Assembly (NCBI RefSeq): GCF_004010195.1
Contig: NC_057718.1
Span: 701,893-754,198 of the forward strand
Source: Chiloscyllium plagiosum
Lineage: Eukaryota
DNA: 52,306 bases
Direction: 5' to 3'
Part shown: in pieces, positions 24,700 through 37,600 of the stretch
Position numbering within the stretch: the stretch's first letter is position 1
Layout of the letters: the number at the start of each line of letters is the position of its first letter
Program-made: the position numbers and the translations under genes
The notes under the pieces: model-generated
What the model was told of the DNA's origin: nothing
The model's input: the letters and a program-made list of their open reading frames with translations, nothing else
Database searches by the model: none

Positions 24700-26830
24700 G
24701 AATTTAAGAACTAGGAGCAGGAGTAGGCCGTCCGGCCCCTCGAGCCTGCTCCACCACTCACTAAGATCATGGCTGATCTTTTCATGGACTCAGCTCCACT
24801 TACCAGCGCTCTCACTGTATCCCTTAATTCCTTTATTTTTCAAAAAGGTATCTACCTTAGCTTTAAACTACTTCCCTGTGGGCAGGGAATTCCACAGATT
24901 AACAACCCTCTGGGTGAAGAAGCTCCTTCTCAGTTCAGTTCGAAACCTGCTTCCTCAGCTTGAGGCCAGGCCCTCTTGTCCTAGTCTCACCCACCACTGG
25001 AAACATCCAATCTGTGAGAAGCAAACTCAATAAAATTTTAGACGAGACAGACAAATCTGGAAACAAGACAATTTATTCTACAATCTTGCAAGAAAGGGCA
25101 TCAAATGCAGAAGCAAATGAGCAAATTAGACTTGGGTTAGTTTACAATTATACCTTTGAGTTGAGTGAGGTCACCTCTCCAGACTCCTAATTACCTAATC
25201 TCTCTTACTAGGCTATACAACTGCCCATCTTCACTCCACCCTTGTTACTTCCCATGTTGGCAACCTTCCTCCCTATTAGTGAACATTTTGTATCAATACT
25301 GCTGGTACATCCCATTCTCCGTACACTTCATCAACTTTGTATCATTTTTGTACAGCTCAGGCATTTTAGTTATCAGTTTTTTTGCTGAAAACTTATTTTA
25401 AAAGAGTTAACTTGCTTATATTATACTTCAGAATTAGTATTTAACTAACTATAATTAAAAGTAAAGGTACACTTCCCTAAGTACCTGCAGAGTTAATAAT
25501 TTTTCTGCTGGATCCCTTTTCTTCATGTTCTTTTATATCTGCAAAAACAGCACTTCTTTTTATTTCTAACACTATTTCCATTTTATCAATTCCCTTCATA
25601 AATTTTATATGTTTCCATAAAATCCCTCCTCATTCTTCTGAATTACAATGAATATAATTCCAGTCTACTCAGTCTCTCCTCATAAGCCAACCCCCTCAAC
25701 TCCAAAACCAACCTCATGAACCTCCTCTTCACCCCCTCCAGTGCCAGTACATCCTTTCTCCAGTAAGGAGACCAAAACTGCACACAGGTGATGGCCTCAC
25801 CAGCACCTTGTGCAGTTGTAACATTACCTCCCTGCTTTTAAACTCAATTCCTTTAGCAATGAAGGACAAAATTCCATTTGCCTTCCAAATTACCTGTTGT
25901 ACCTACAGACCAACCTTCTGCGATTCACGCACAAGGACACCCAGGTCCCTCTGCAAATCACCATTCAAGTACTAATCTATTTTTCTGTTACTCCAACCAA
26001 AATGGATGACCCAGACCTTTGCCATTCCCTCAATGATTCGATGTTCCTCTGCAAACTTTCACAGTCCTCTGCACACTTTGCTCTGCCACTCATCTTGGTA
26101 TCATCGGCAAATTTTGACGCTGTACACATGGTCCCCAACTCCAAATCATCTATATAAATTGTGAATAACTGATCCCTGAGGCACACCACTAGTCACTGAT
26201 TGCCAGCCACAATAGCACTCATTTATCCCCACTGTTTCCTTTCTGTTAGTCAGCCAATCCTCTATCCATTCTAATACTTTAACCCTAACACCATGCATCA
26301 GCCTCATGTGCGGCACATTGTCGGCCTTTTGGAAATCTAGGTGAACCACATCCACTGAGTCTCCGTTGACCACCTTGCTTGAAATGCCTTCAGAGAATTC
26401 CAAAAGATTTGTGAAGCATGACCTTCCCTTCATGAATCCATGCTGCATCTGTACAATGGGACAGTTTCCATCAAGATGCTCTGCTATTTCTTTCTTGAAA
26501 GTAGACTCCTGCATTTTCCCCACTACAGAGGTTAAGCTCACTGGTCTATAATTCCCCATCTTTTGTCTATTTCCCTTTTTAAATAGTGGCGTCAGATTTG
26601 CTGTTTTCCAATCTGCTGGGACTGCCCCAGAATCCAGTGAATTTTGGGAACTTACAGCCAGTCCACCTGCTATTTCTCCCGCCATCTCTTTTAGTACCCT
26701 GGGAAGCATTCCATCAGGGCCAGGAGACTTATCTATCCTGAGCTCCATTAGCTTACCCAATACTAGCTCTTTCATATTAATAATCGTTTCCAGGTCCTCA
26801 CCTACCTTCATCTCTTTGTCACTTACTGGC
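24700..26830 (-). mobile_element. CR1 LINE RT to 3' end, interrupted by unclassified sequence at ~25012-25575
   Basis: ORF 26146-26832: DKSPGPDG...WKTANLTPLFKKG...NYRPVSLTSVVGK...QHGFMKGRSC...SGVPQGS. Also SKFADDTK. Confidence 0.92.
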
Positions 26831-28027
26831 ACTTATGATGAACAAATTGTCTTTATCAAGGACAGTTAAGAAATGTGAATTGGGTAACTTAGAAACTGTA
26901 TGACCTAAACTCGATCTCTTCTTAAATTTTCCCTTCTCAAACAGACAGACAGACACAGATAAAGAAAACATAGATATTAAGGGTGAAAAACAAACGGAAA
27001 GATTAGGGAAATACAGTTTAATAGCACCAGTCTGGACCACATGATTCAATGAGTTACTTTCTTTCCCTTTGTTTCAATTCCTTTTGAGTTTCTTTTTCCC
27101 AGTGAGATGAGTTTGTTTGTGCACTGTTGCTGTCTGTCTCACTGGTTGAGAATTCATCTTTTCACTGTTTCTGGGGGTCTTTTACTCTTTCTCCAGTAGG
27201 GGATTTGCAGAGAAACACGAGTTGGAGATACTGTAGATTTTCTAGTAACTCCAAACAGAAGATATAGAATTTTTAATGTTTTCTCTTTGCAGGCTTAGTG
27301 GTTATCTGATGGACTGACGTTACACGAGCCTTTATAACTGAATCGGGCACCAATCAGTGTGTGTTATCAATCAGTTTTCTGTTAGATTGTCTCTGTGGTG
27401 TCTGCCTTTTCCTCACTGTTCCAGGAGGGTGCACTGTTGTGTACAACTCAGTGTGCTCCAGTCAGGAGATTTGTTTAAAACCTCTGCACAGTCTCATTGG
27501 CTCAAAGCAGTATCTTCCTCCTTTAGTCCACATTCTAAAAGTAAACAACGTGGAAAAAAAATGCCTGTGTCATTGAATAGTTTTAAAGTTGAATAAGGTA
27601 GATTCTTAACTACTGAAGGATTCAAGGAGTATAGGAAACAACCATGGAGATAGTGACTATAATCAGATCAGCATCTCATCGTGTGGCAAAGCAAGCTCAA
27701 GCTACTGACTAGCCTGTTTGAGAAATTTTTGATACTGTACTTCAAGTAAATTAATCCCCTGGGCTTGATGACTTCCATTCCAGTGTTTTAAAAGAGATGG
27801 TTGTAGAGAAAAATTCATGGTCATCTATCAAGGTTCTGTCAACTCTGGAATGGTTCCTACAGATTGGAACTTGGCAAATGTAACCCCACTAGTTATGTAA
27901 GAAGGGAGAGAGAAAGCTAGTAATACAAACCTGTTAGTTTAACATCAGTCACAAGAAAAAATGTTGTAATATATCCTCAAAAGCAAGACCAAGTGTAGGC
28001 CATTCAGCCCTTAGAGTTTGTACGGTT

Positions 28028-28339
28028 ATTAGATTAGATTAGATTTCCTACAGTGTGGAAACAGGCCCTTCGGCCCAACAAGTCCACACCGACCCTCCAA
28101 AGAGCAACCTACCCACACCCACCCCCCACATTTACCCCTGACGACTGCATCTAACACTGCAGGCAATTTAGCATGGCCAATTCACCTGACCTGCACATTT
28201 TTGGACTGTCGGAGGAAACCCACGCAGACACAGGGAGAATGTGCAAACTCCACACAGTCAGTTACCAGAGACGGGAATTGAACCCGGATCCCGGGTGCTG
28301 TGAGACAGCAGTGCTAACCACTGAGCCACCGTGCCGCCC
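28028..28339 (-). mobile_element. HE1-type SINE, full length with (AATCT)n tail
   Basis: Reverse complement GGGCGGCACGGTGGCTCAGTGGTTAGC...GGGTTCAATTCC. The tail is attagattagattaga. Confidence 0.94.
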
Positions 28340-28959
28340 TTGGATATGGTGATGGCTGATCATCCTACTGTGTACCCCATACCCTTTGATCCCTATATCT
28401 CCTCCTTGAAAGCATTTGATGTTTTGGTTTCAGTTGCTTTCTGTGGCAGAAAACTCCACAAGGTCACCACTTGCGAAGAAATCTCTCCTCATTTCAGTCC
28501 TAAATGGCCTATCCTGTATCTTTTGATATGCTTCTGGATTCCCCGATCACTGGGTGCATCCTTTCAGTTTTGCTCTGTGTAGTCCTGTTAGAGAGATAAA
28601 GGATTATTGTAAAAATGTGATAATAGAACACTTAGAAATATTGGTAGGATTGAGCAAAGTCAATATGAAAGGGAAATTATTTTTCACAAATCACCCTGGT
28701 GTTTTGAGAATGTACCTAATAGAATAGATTAGCAGGAACCAGTTCGTACTTTGATTTTGAGAAAACTTGAAATAAGGTTTTGCACAAGAGACAAGTAAAT
28801 ATTAGAGCACATGAGATTTGGAGAAATGTGCTGATGTGTATTGAAAACTGTTAATGGACAGAAAATAGTAGGAATAAAAAGAATCCAGTCTGTGATATGA
28901 CTAGTCTAGTAGTAACAGCAGCTGGATTATCCCACAGCAATAGCTATGTTGACATTCCA

Positions 28960-29575
28960 ATGAATTAGTAAAAATTGATCAGCTGTATAAATACAAGAGT
29001 AAGTCAGTGGCTGGAAATTCTGCAGTGAATAACTCACCGCCTAACTCCCTAAAGTCAACCTTCCATCTACAAGGCATGAGTCAAGAATGAGATGGAATAT
29101 TCTCCACTTTTCTGAATGAGGACAGCTCCAACAGCACGCAAAGCTTGACATCATCCAGAACAAAGCAACCTATTTGGTACGCCATCTAGCAGCTCCAACT
29201 TTTACTTCCTCCACCAGCGATGCTCAGTTGCAGCAGTATATATCATGTGCTAGGTGCACTGCAGAAGTACACCAAGGCTGTACATATAGCACCTTCCAAG
29301 CCCACACTCTCTACCATCTAGAAGAAGGACAGCATATATATCTGTTATTTCCCATCCAAGCCACTCACTATCCTGACTTGGAAATGTATCTCCAATGTCA
29401 CTGAGTCAAAATCCTAGAATTCCCCTCTACCCTGAAGATATTGTGGGTGTCCCCATGCCACAAGCAATAATTGTCTAAGAAGGCAGCTAATCCCCACCTT
29501 CCCCAGGACAATAAAATTGGCTCATAAATGCTGGCCTAGCCAGTGATGCCCATATCCAATGAATGAATAAAAGAT
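28960..29575 (+). mobile_element. L2-clade LINE 3' end
   Basis: TIYKAxVKNEMEYSPL-like coding remnant. The tail is ataaatgctggcctagccagtgatgcccatatccaatgaatgaataaa. Confidence 0.78.
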
Positions 29576-29978
29576 AAGAAAATAGTGTTGTCAAACCTTT
29601 GTAAATTAGCTGAAGTATTTTGTCTTTAATTCTGGCCACAGTCAGGTAGGAAGAATGTCAAAACTTTGGAGAGGGTGTCAAAGAAACTTGGTAAAGCACT
29701 TTAGTTCCTGCCACTTGCTGAAAAGGTATCAGATATAGTTGTACATACATATTCTGCCTGTGCAAAAGTAGTATCAAGTGCAAAGTACTCCTGTCTATTG
29801 TGAAAGATTGAACAGTTTTGAGGACACTTTCGATGTCTATGGAGTGAATAAGATGAAAGCTAATGGCAGAAGGATTGGTAACCAGAGGGTACAGATTTAC
29901 ATTAGCAATAAAACCAGAATGGAGATGGAGCAGTAAAAATAATCAGATTTACAGTAAATATTTTAACTTCTTCAACAG

Positions 29979-30138
29979 CAAGTTTACTACGTGAAGGAAA
30001 CACATGGAATTGTGGTGACGGACTTGGCCTTTCTGCCCGATGTGGGTCCAATGAAGGAGGTGACTAGAAAAAATGAGGCCGCATTGCTGAGTGTAGCCGT
30101 AGACAGTCGGTGTAAAGTACATCTGTTGCCACGCAGGC
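29979..30138 (+). CDS. PREB: PREB internal coding exon, 160 bp
   Basis: ttcttcaacag|CAAGTT...CGCAGGC|gtaagt. Translates QVYYVKETHGIVVTDLAFLPDVGPMKEVTRKNEAALLSVAVDSRCKVHLLPRR (human YYVREAHGIVVTDVAFLP...SVAVDSRC). Phase 0 to 1. Confidence 0.97.
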
Positions 30139-30402
30139 GTAAGTCAAAAGAGTTTTTTCTCTGTCTAGTTATCTTGTTTCCTCTTCCAGGTACAAATGTT
30201 GACTCCTATCTTCAGTTGATTAGCCTTTGCTTTCTTACTTAGGTTAGAAATTGTTATCTGATTTCAGAAAGCTTGTGTTGACACAGTATTGAACCATTGA
30301 GGAAGATGAGGTATCTGCTCATTGCCCACACTTTCCACTGGATGTTGATAGAAATGAGATGCTTCCTGATGATCTGACTGGTTTCAGTCTGATTATTCTA
30401 TA

Positions 30403-31500
30403 AGACCTTAAGATATAGGAGCAGAATTTGGCTGTTCAGCCCAACAAGTGTTTTGCTCTTCAATCATGGCTGATATGTTTCTCAACAACATTGTCTTGCT
30501 CTATTCCCCTTAACCATTAATCTCCTTACAAAGCAAGAACCTATCTATCTCTGTCTTAAATATACTCAATTACTTGGCCTCCTGAGTCACGTGCAACAAT
30601 GAGTTCCACAGATTCACCACTTTCTGGGTAAAATAATTCCTCTTCATGTCAGCTTGGATCCTAGTCTCTCCTACTAGTGGTAACATCTTCTCCACATCCA
30701 CTGTATCCAGACCTCACAGTATTCTTGAAGGGATCCACCTTCATCCTTTTAAACTCCATCAATTGCTCCTCATATGACAAGCCCTTCAATCCTAGGAACA
30801 TTCTTGTAAACCTTCTCTGGCACCTCTCTAATCTTCTCAAAACTCGCTAAAACCCCTCTAAGGCCAGCACATCCTTCCTTAGATACGGGGCCAAAAACTG
30901 CTCGTGATATTCCAAATGAGTTCTGACCAGAGCCTTGTACAGCCTCAGTAGTACATCTTTGTCATGTATTACAACCCTTTAGAAATAAATGCTAACATTG
31001 CATTTGATTTCCAAACTGCCACCTGAACCTACATGTTAACCTTCAGAGAATCCTGAACTCAGACTCCCAAGTCCCCTTGTGCTTCAGATTTATGCAACCT
31101 TTCTCATTTAGAAAGCAGGTGATGCCCCTAATCTTCTTACCAAAGTGCATAACCTCACTCTTTCCCCCATTGTATTCTATCTGCCAATTCTTTGCCCACT
31201 CTCCTAGCCTGTCCGAGTCCTTCTGCAGCCTTCTCACTCCCTCAACACCATCTGTCCATCCACATACATTTGTGTCATCTGCAAATTTAGCAACAGTGCC
31301 CTCCGTTCTTTGGTCCAGATTGTTAATGTACAGCATGAATACTTGTGCTCTCAACAAGGACCCCTGTGGTACTCCGCTAGTCACCGGCTGCCATCCTGAA
31401 AAAGATTGCTTTATCTCTATTCTCAGCCAAATCTTCTATCGGTTTTAGTACCTTGTCCCTAACACAATGAACAGCCTCCTGTGTGGCACTTTATTTAAGG
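30403..31500 (-). mobile_element. CR1 LINE RT to 3' end
   Basis: ORF 31043-31384: TSGVPQGSLL...YINNLD...AKFADDT. Confidence 0.9.
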
Positions 31501-31504
31501 CGTC

Positions 31505-31982
31505 CACGTTGGGGAGACAGGACGCCTACCCACACAGCGCTTCATTCAGAGAACATTTCCGGGACACCCGCACCAACCAACCCCACTGCCCCATGGTCGA
31601 ACACTTCAACTCCCCCGCCCGCTCTGCCGAGGATATGCAGATCCTGGGCCCCTTCCATTGCCACTCCCTAACCACCAGATGCCTGGAGGAAGAACGCCTC
31701 ATCTTCCACCTTGGGACCCTCCAACCCCATGGCATCAATGTGGATTCACCTGTTTCCGACCTATCACCTTTACCCACCTCCATCCACCTATTGCACTCTC
31801 AGCTACCTATCCCCCCTCCCATTTATCTCTCCACCCCCGAGGCTCCCAGCCTCATTCCTGATGAAGGGCTTTTGCCTGAAACGTCGATTTTCCTGCTCCT
31901 TGGATGCTGCCTGACCTGCTGTGCTTTTCCAGCACCACACTCTTAACTCTAATCTCCAGCAGCTGCAGTCCTCACTTTTGCC
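31505..31982 (+). mobile_element. Penelope-like element 3' end (GIY-YIG C-terminus and hammerhead-bearing terminus)
   Basis: FREHFRDTRTNQPHCPMVEHFNSP...RCLEEERLIFHLGTLQPHGINVD. CTGATGAAGGGCTTTTGCCTGAAACGTC at 31858-31885. Confidence 0.88.
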
Positions 31983-31984
31983 AT

Positions 31985-34425
31985 CCAAATTAATAACCTA
32001 ATCCGCTTTCTCCCTATAACCTTTGATCCCATTTGCCCCCCCCCCCCGGTGCTATATCTAGCTGCCTCTTGAATACATTCAATGTTTTAGCATCAACTCC
32101 TTCCTGTGGTAATGAATTCCACAGGCTCACCACGCTTTGAATAAAGAAATGTCTCCTCATCTCCATCCTAAGTGATCCATCCGAATCCTCAGACTGTGAC
32201 CCCTGGTTCTGGACACACCCACCAAAGGGAACATCCTCCCTGCATGTACCCTGTCTAATCCTGTTAGAATTATAGAAGTTTCTATGAGATCCCCCCCCCC
32301 CCACCTTACTCGTCTGAACTCCAGTGAAAACAATCCTAACCTACTCACTCTCTCCTCATACGTCAGTCCCACCATTCCCGGAATCAGCGTGGGAAAACTC
32401 CCTCAAGAGTAAGAGCATCCTTCCTCAGAAAAGGAGACCAAAGCACCAGCGACTGGTGCACAAGGACACCCAGCTCCCACTGTACACTCTCCTCTCCCCA
32501 TTCAAGTAGTAACCTGCCACCTTGTTTTTGCTTTCAAAGTGAATAGCCTCACATTTATCCAAGTAATACTGCATCTGCCATTGATTGGCCCACTCACCCA
32601 ATCTGTCCAGATTATGCCAAAGGATCTCTGTATCCTCGTCTGTTTACCCTCCCACCCAACTTGGTGTCACTTGGAAACTTTGAGATGTTACATTTTGTTC
32701 CCTCATCCATATCATTAATATATAATGAGTAGCTGGGTTCCAGCACTGATCCCTGTGGCACCCCACCAGTAACTGCCTGCCAATTTGAAAAGGACCAATT
32801 AATTTCCTCTCTACCAGTCAGCTTTCTATCCATCTGAATACACCGGCCCCAAACCCATGATCTATAATTCCCTTTGCCAGCATTTAGCCCACATCCCTCC
32901 AAGACCTAACTATTCACATACCCATCCAGATGCCTTTTAAATCTTGTAATTGTACCTGCCTCCATCAATTCCTCTGGCAGCTCACTCCATACACACATCA
33001 TTGTCTGCTTGAAAACGTTGCCTCTTAGGTCCCTTTTAAATCTTTTCCTTCTCATCTTAAACCTATTTCCTCTAGTTTTGGACTCAGCTACCCTGGGGAA
33101 AACTATTTACCGTATCGATGCCCTCCATGATTTTGTAAACCTCCATAAGGTCACCCCTCAGCCTCCAACTCTCCAGAGAAAACAGCTCCAGCCGTTCAGC
33201 CTCTCCTACAGCTCCAATCCTCCAACCCTCACAACATCCTTGTAAATCTTTTCTGAACCCTTTCAAGTTTCACAACATCTTTCCTGTAGCAGGGAGACCA
33301 GAATTGTATGTCATATTCCAACAGTGGCCTAATCAATGTCCTGTACATCCATGACATGACCTCCCAACTCCTGTACTCAATGCTCTAATATAAGAAAGCG
33401 TACGAAATGCCGCCTTCACTATCCTATCTACCTGCGACTCCACTTTGAAGGAGCTATGAACTTACACTCCAATGTCTCTTTGTTAGATTAGATTTCCCTA
33501 CAGTATGGAAACAGGCCCTTCGGCCTAACAAGTCCACACCAACCCTCCGAAGAGAAACCCACTCAGACCCATTTCCCTCCCCTATATTTACCCCTGACTA
33601 ATGCACCTGACACTATGGGCAATTTAGCATGGCCAATTCACCTGACCTGCACATCTTTGGACTGTGGGAGTAAACCAGAGCACCCGGAGGAAACCCACAC
33701 AGACACGGGGAGAATGTGCAAACTCCACACTGACAGTCACCCAAGGCGGGACTCGAACCCGGGTCCCTGGCACTGCAAGGCAGCAGTGGTAACTGCTGAG
33801 CCACCATGCTGCCCCAAACTCTACAGGACCTTACAATTAAGTGTATTAATCCTGCCCTGATTTGCTTTTTCAGAATGCAGTACCTCACATTTATCTAGAT
33901 TAAACTTCATCTGTCACTCCTCGGCCCATCGCTCCATCTGATAAAGGTCCCATTATACTTTGAGGGAAACTTCTTCGTTGTCTGCTACACCACCAATTTT
34001 GGTGTCCTCTGCAAATGTACTGGCCATACTTCCTATATTTGCATCCAAATCATTTGTATAAATAACAAAATAACTGACCTAGCACCAATCCCTGAAGCAC
34101 ACCACTGGTCACAGGCCTCCATTTCAAAAAGCAACCCTCCACCACCACCCTCTGTGTCCTACCTTCTAACCAATCCTGTATCCAAAAGGCTAGTTCTCCC
34201 TGTATTCCATGTGATCTGACCTTGTTAACCAGTCATTCATGCTTGTCAAATGTCTTATTGAAGTCGATATAGACAATGTCCACCACTCTGCTTTCATGAA
34301 TCCTCTTTGTCACTTCTTCAAAAAGAGACACAGCTCCCCCTCACAAAGCCATGTTGACTTTCCCTAATCAGTCCTTGCCTTTCCAAATACATGTACATCC
34401 TGTCCCTCAGGATTCTCTCCAACAA
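31985..34425 (-). mobile_element. Two tandem CR1 LINE RT-3' fragments (31985-32860; 32865-34425)
   Basis: LTYEERVSRLGLFSLE, WQAVTGGVPQGSVL and LELFSLESWRLRGDLMEVYKIM motifs. Confidence 0.87.
33482..33814 (-). mobile_element. HE1-type SINE
   Basis: Same consensus as 28028-28339, with gttagattagattt tail and B box GGGTTCGAGTCC on the reverse strand. Confidence 0.92.
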
Positions 34426-34427
34426 CG

Positions 34428-34610
34428 CTGGCAGTACGGTGGCTCAGTGGTTAGCACTGCCTCACAGCACCAGGTTCAATCCTAGCCTCGGGCAATTGTC
34501 TGTATCGAGTTTGCACGTTCTCCTCGTGCCTGTGTGGATTTCCTCAGGGTGTTCCACCTTCCTTCCACAGCCCAAAGATGTGCAGGTTAGGTGGATTGGC
34601 CATTCTAAAT
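34428..34610 (+). mobile_element. HE1-type SINE 5' half
   Basis: GGCAGTACGGTGGCTCAGTGGTTAGCACTGCC...GGTTCAATCC...gatgtgcaggttaggtggattggcca. Confidence 0.85.
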
Positions 34611-37600
34611 TACAGCAACAAGACATCCCAACCCCCAGCCTCCTATCCTCAACTTCTTCACCTCAAACTGCCACCGCAACATCAATCTTTTGGATCTCTC
34701 CACCCTTCTCACTCACTCCAATCGCTCCACTTCCTTCATTTCACCCCAACCTCACTATTAAACCCTCCAATAAACAGGGCTCCGTGTTGGTCTGGCAGAC
34801 TGACCTCTACATCACTGAGGCCAGACACCAATTCTCTGAAACCTCCACCTATCGTGACTATGATCCCACCTCTGATCACCAAGCCATCATCTCCCAGACC
34901 ATCAACAATCTCATCACTTTGGGAGATCTCCCGACTGCAGCCTCCAACCTGACAGTTCCCCAACCCCATACTGTCTGTTTCTGCCATGGTTGACCCAGTG
35001 TCTCTGCCCCACCGAGCTCACCACCTCCTCGTACCGCAATTCTGGTCTTTCCCCATTGGTCCAGAAACTCCCAGCCAACACCGTCCACCTCTTCCCCAGC
35101 CCCCGACACCTCACCTTCACCATGGACTTACAGGCCCTTTACACCTGTAATCCCCACACGGACAGATTAAAAGCCTTCCGCTTCTCCCTCTCCTGTCAGC
35201 CCAATCAGTCCCCCTCTGCTGACACCCTCGTTCGCCTGGCAGAACTGCTGCTCACCCTCAACAGTTCTTCATTTGATTCGTCCCACTTCCTACAAGTCAA
35301 AGGGATAGCCGTGGGCACCCACATGGGCCTGTGCCAAGCCTGCCTCTTTGTAGGATTCACGGAGCAGTCCCTGTTACGTGCAGGACAGGCATGTCCCTGG
35401 GAAAATGAGGGATAGAAATGGCAAGATTAGGAAACCTTGGATGGCAGGTGAAATTGTGAGACTAGCTAAGAGGAAAAAGGAAGCGTACAGAAGGTCTTGG
35501 TGACTGAAGACAGACGAAGCTTTGGGAGAATATCAGGAAAGTAGGACCAATCTGAAACGAGTGATGAAGAGGGCAAAAGGGGTCATAAAATATCTTTAGT
35601 AAACAGGGTTAAGGAAAATCCCAAAGCCTTTTATTCATATATAAGCAGAAAGTGGGTAATTAGAGAAAAGTTTGGCCCACTCAAGGATAAAGGAAGTTAT
35701 GCGTGGAGTCAGAAAGAAATGGGTGATATTCTTAACAAGTACTTTACATCGGTATTCACTGAGGAGAGGGACATGACGGATGTTGAGGTTAGAGATAGAT
35801 GTTTGATTACTCTAGGTCAAGTCGGCATAAGGAGGGAGGAAGTGTTGGGTATTCTAAAAGGCATTAATGTGGACAAGTCCCCAGATCCGGATGGGATCCA
35901 TCCCCGGTTACTAAGGGAAGCGGTAGAGGAAATAGCTGGGGCCTTAACAGATATCTTTGTAGCATCTTTGAACATGGGTGAGGTTCCCGGAGGATTGGAG
36001 AATTGCTAATGTTGTCCCCTTGTTAAGGAAGGGTAGCAAGGATAATCCAGGTAATTATAGACGGGTGAGCCTAATGTCGGTGGTAGGAAAGCCGCTGGAA
36101 AAGATAATGAGGGATAGGATCTATTCCCATTTGGAAGAAAATAGGCAGCATGGTTTGTGCGGGGAAGGTCTGTCTTACCAACTTAATAGAATTCGTTGAG
36201 GAAGTGACAAAGTTGATTGATGAGGGAAGGGCTGTAGATATAATTTATATGGACTTCAGTAAGGCATTTGATAAAGTTCTCCATGGAAGGCTGATGGAGA
36301 AAGTGAAGTCACATGGGGTCTATGGTGTACGAGCTGGATGGATAGAGAACTGGCTGGGCAACAGGAGACAGAGAGTTGTAGTGAAAGGGAGTTTCTCAAA
36401 ATGTCGAACTGCGATCAGTGGTGTCCCACAGGGATCTGTGCTGGGATCACTGTTGTTTGTGATATACAGAAATGATCTGGAGGCAGGTACAGGTGGTCTG
36501 ATTAGCAAGTAGCAGATAGTGTAGGAGACTGTCAGAGAATACAGCAGAATATAGATAGATTGGAGAGTTGGGCAGAGAAATGGCAGATGGAGTTCAATCC
36601 AGGCAAGTGAGGGGTGATGCATTTTGGAAGATCCAATTCAGGAGTGAACTATACAGTAAATGGGAAAGTCTTTGGGAAAATTGATGTACAGAGAGATCTG
36701 GGTGTTCAGGTCCATTCTACCCCGAAGGTGACAATGCAGGTCAGTAAAGTGGTCAAGAAGGCATACGGCATGCTTTCCTTCATCGGACAGAGTATTAAGT
36801 ACAAGAGTTGGCAGGTCATGTTACAGTTGTAGAAGACTTTGGTTAGGCCACATTTGGAATACTGCGTACAGTTCTGTTTGCCACATTACCAAAAGGATGT
36901 GGATGCTTTGGAGAGGGTGCACAGGAGGTTCACCAGGACGTTGCCTGGTATGGAGGGGGCTAGCTGTGAAGAGAGGTTGACTCGATTAGGATTATTTTTA
37001 TTAGAAAGACTGAGATTAAGAGGGGACTTGACTGAGGTCTACAAAATCATGAGAGCTATAGACAGGGTGGATTGCAAGAAGCTTTTTTCCCCCAGAGTGG
37101 GGAACTCAATTAATTGGGATCACGAGTTCAAGGTGAGAGGGAAAAAGTTTAAGGGAGATATGCTTGGAAGGTTCTTTACACAGAGGATGGTGGGCACCTG
37201 GAACACGTTGCCAGCGGAGGTGGTAGAGGCGAGCACGATAGCATCATTTAAGATGTATTTTGACAGAGATATCTCGACAGAGGTATACGTGAATGGGCAG
37301 GGGGCAGAGGGATACAGTCCCTTAGAAAATGGGTGACAGGTTTAGATAGAGGGTTTGGATCGGCGCAGGCTTGGAGGGCCGAAGGGCCTGTTCCTGTGCT
37401 GCAATGTTCATTGTTCTTCATACTCACTTCTCCCTCTGCTATGTTGATGACTGCATCTTTGCTGCCTCGTGCTCCCATGAGGAGCTCGAACAGTTCATCA
37501 ACTTCACCAGCATCTTCCATCCTGCCCTCAAATTCACCTGGACCATTTCTGACACCTCCCACCCCTTCCTGGACACCTCCATCGCCATCTCCAGAAACCC

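Noticed and set aside
29991..30242. Standalone 83-aa ORF (likewise 12503-12784, 20510-20710, 45082-45327)
   Set aside because: Only the spliced exon portion is PREB or EMILIN1. The rest is intron read-through past canonical GT donors.
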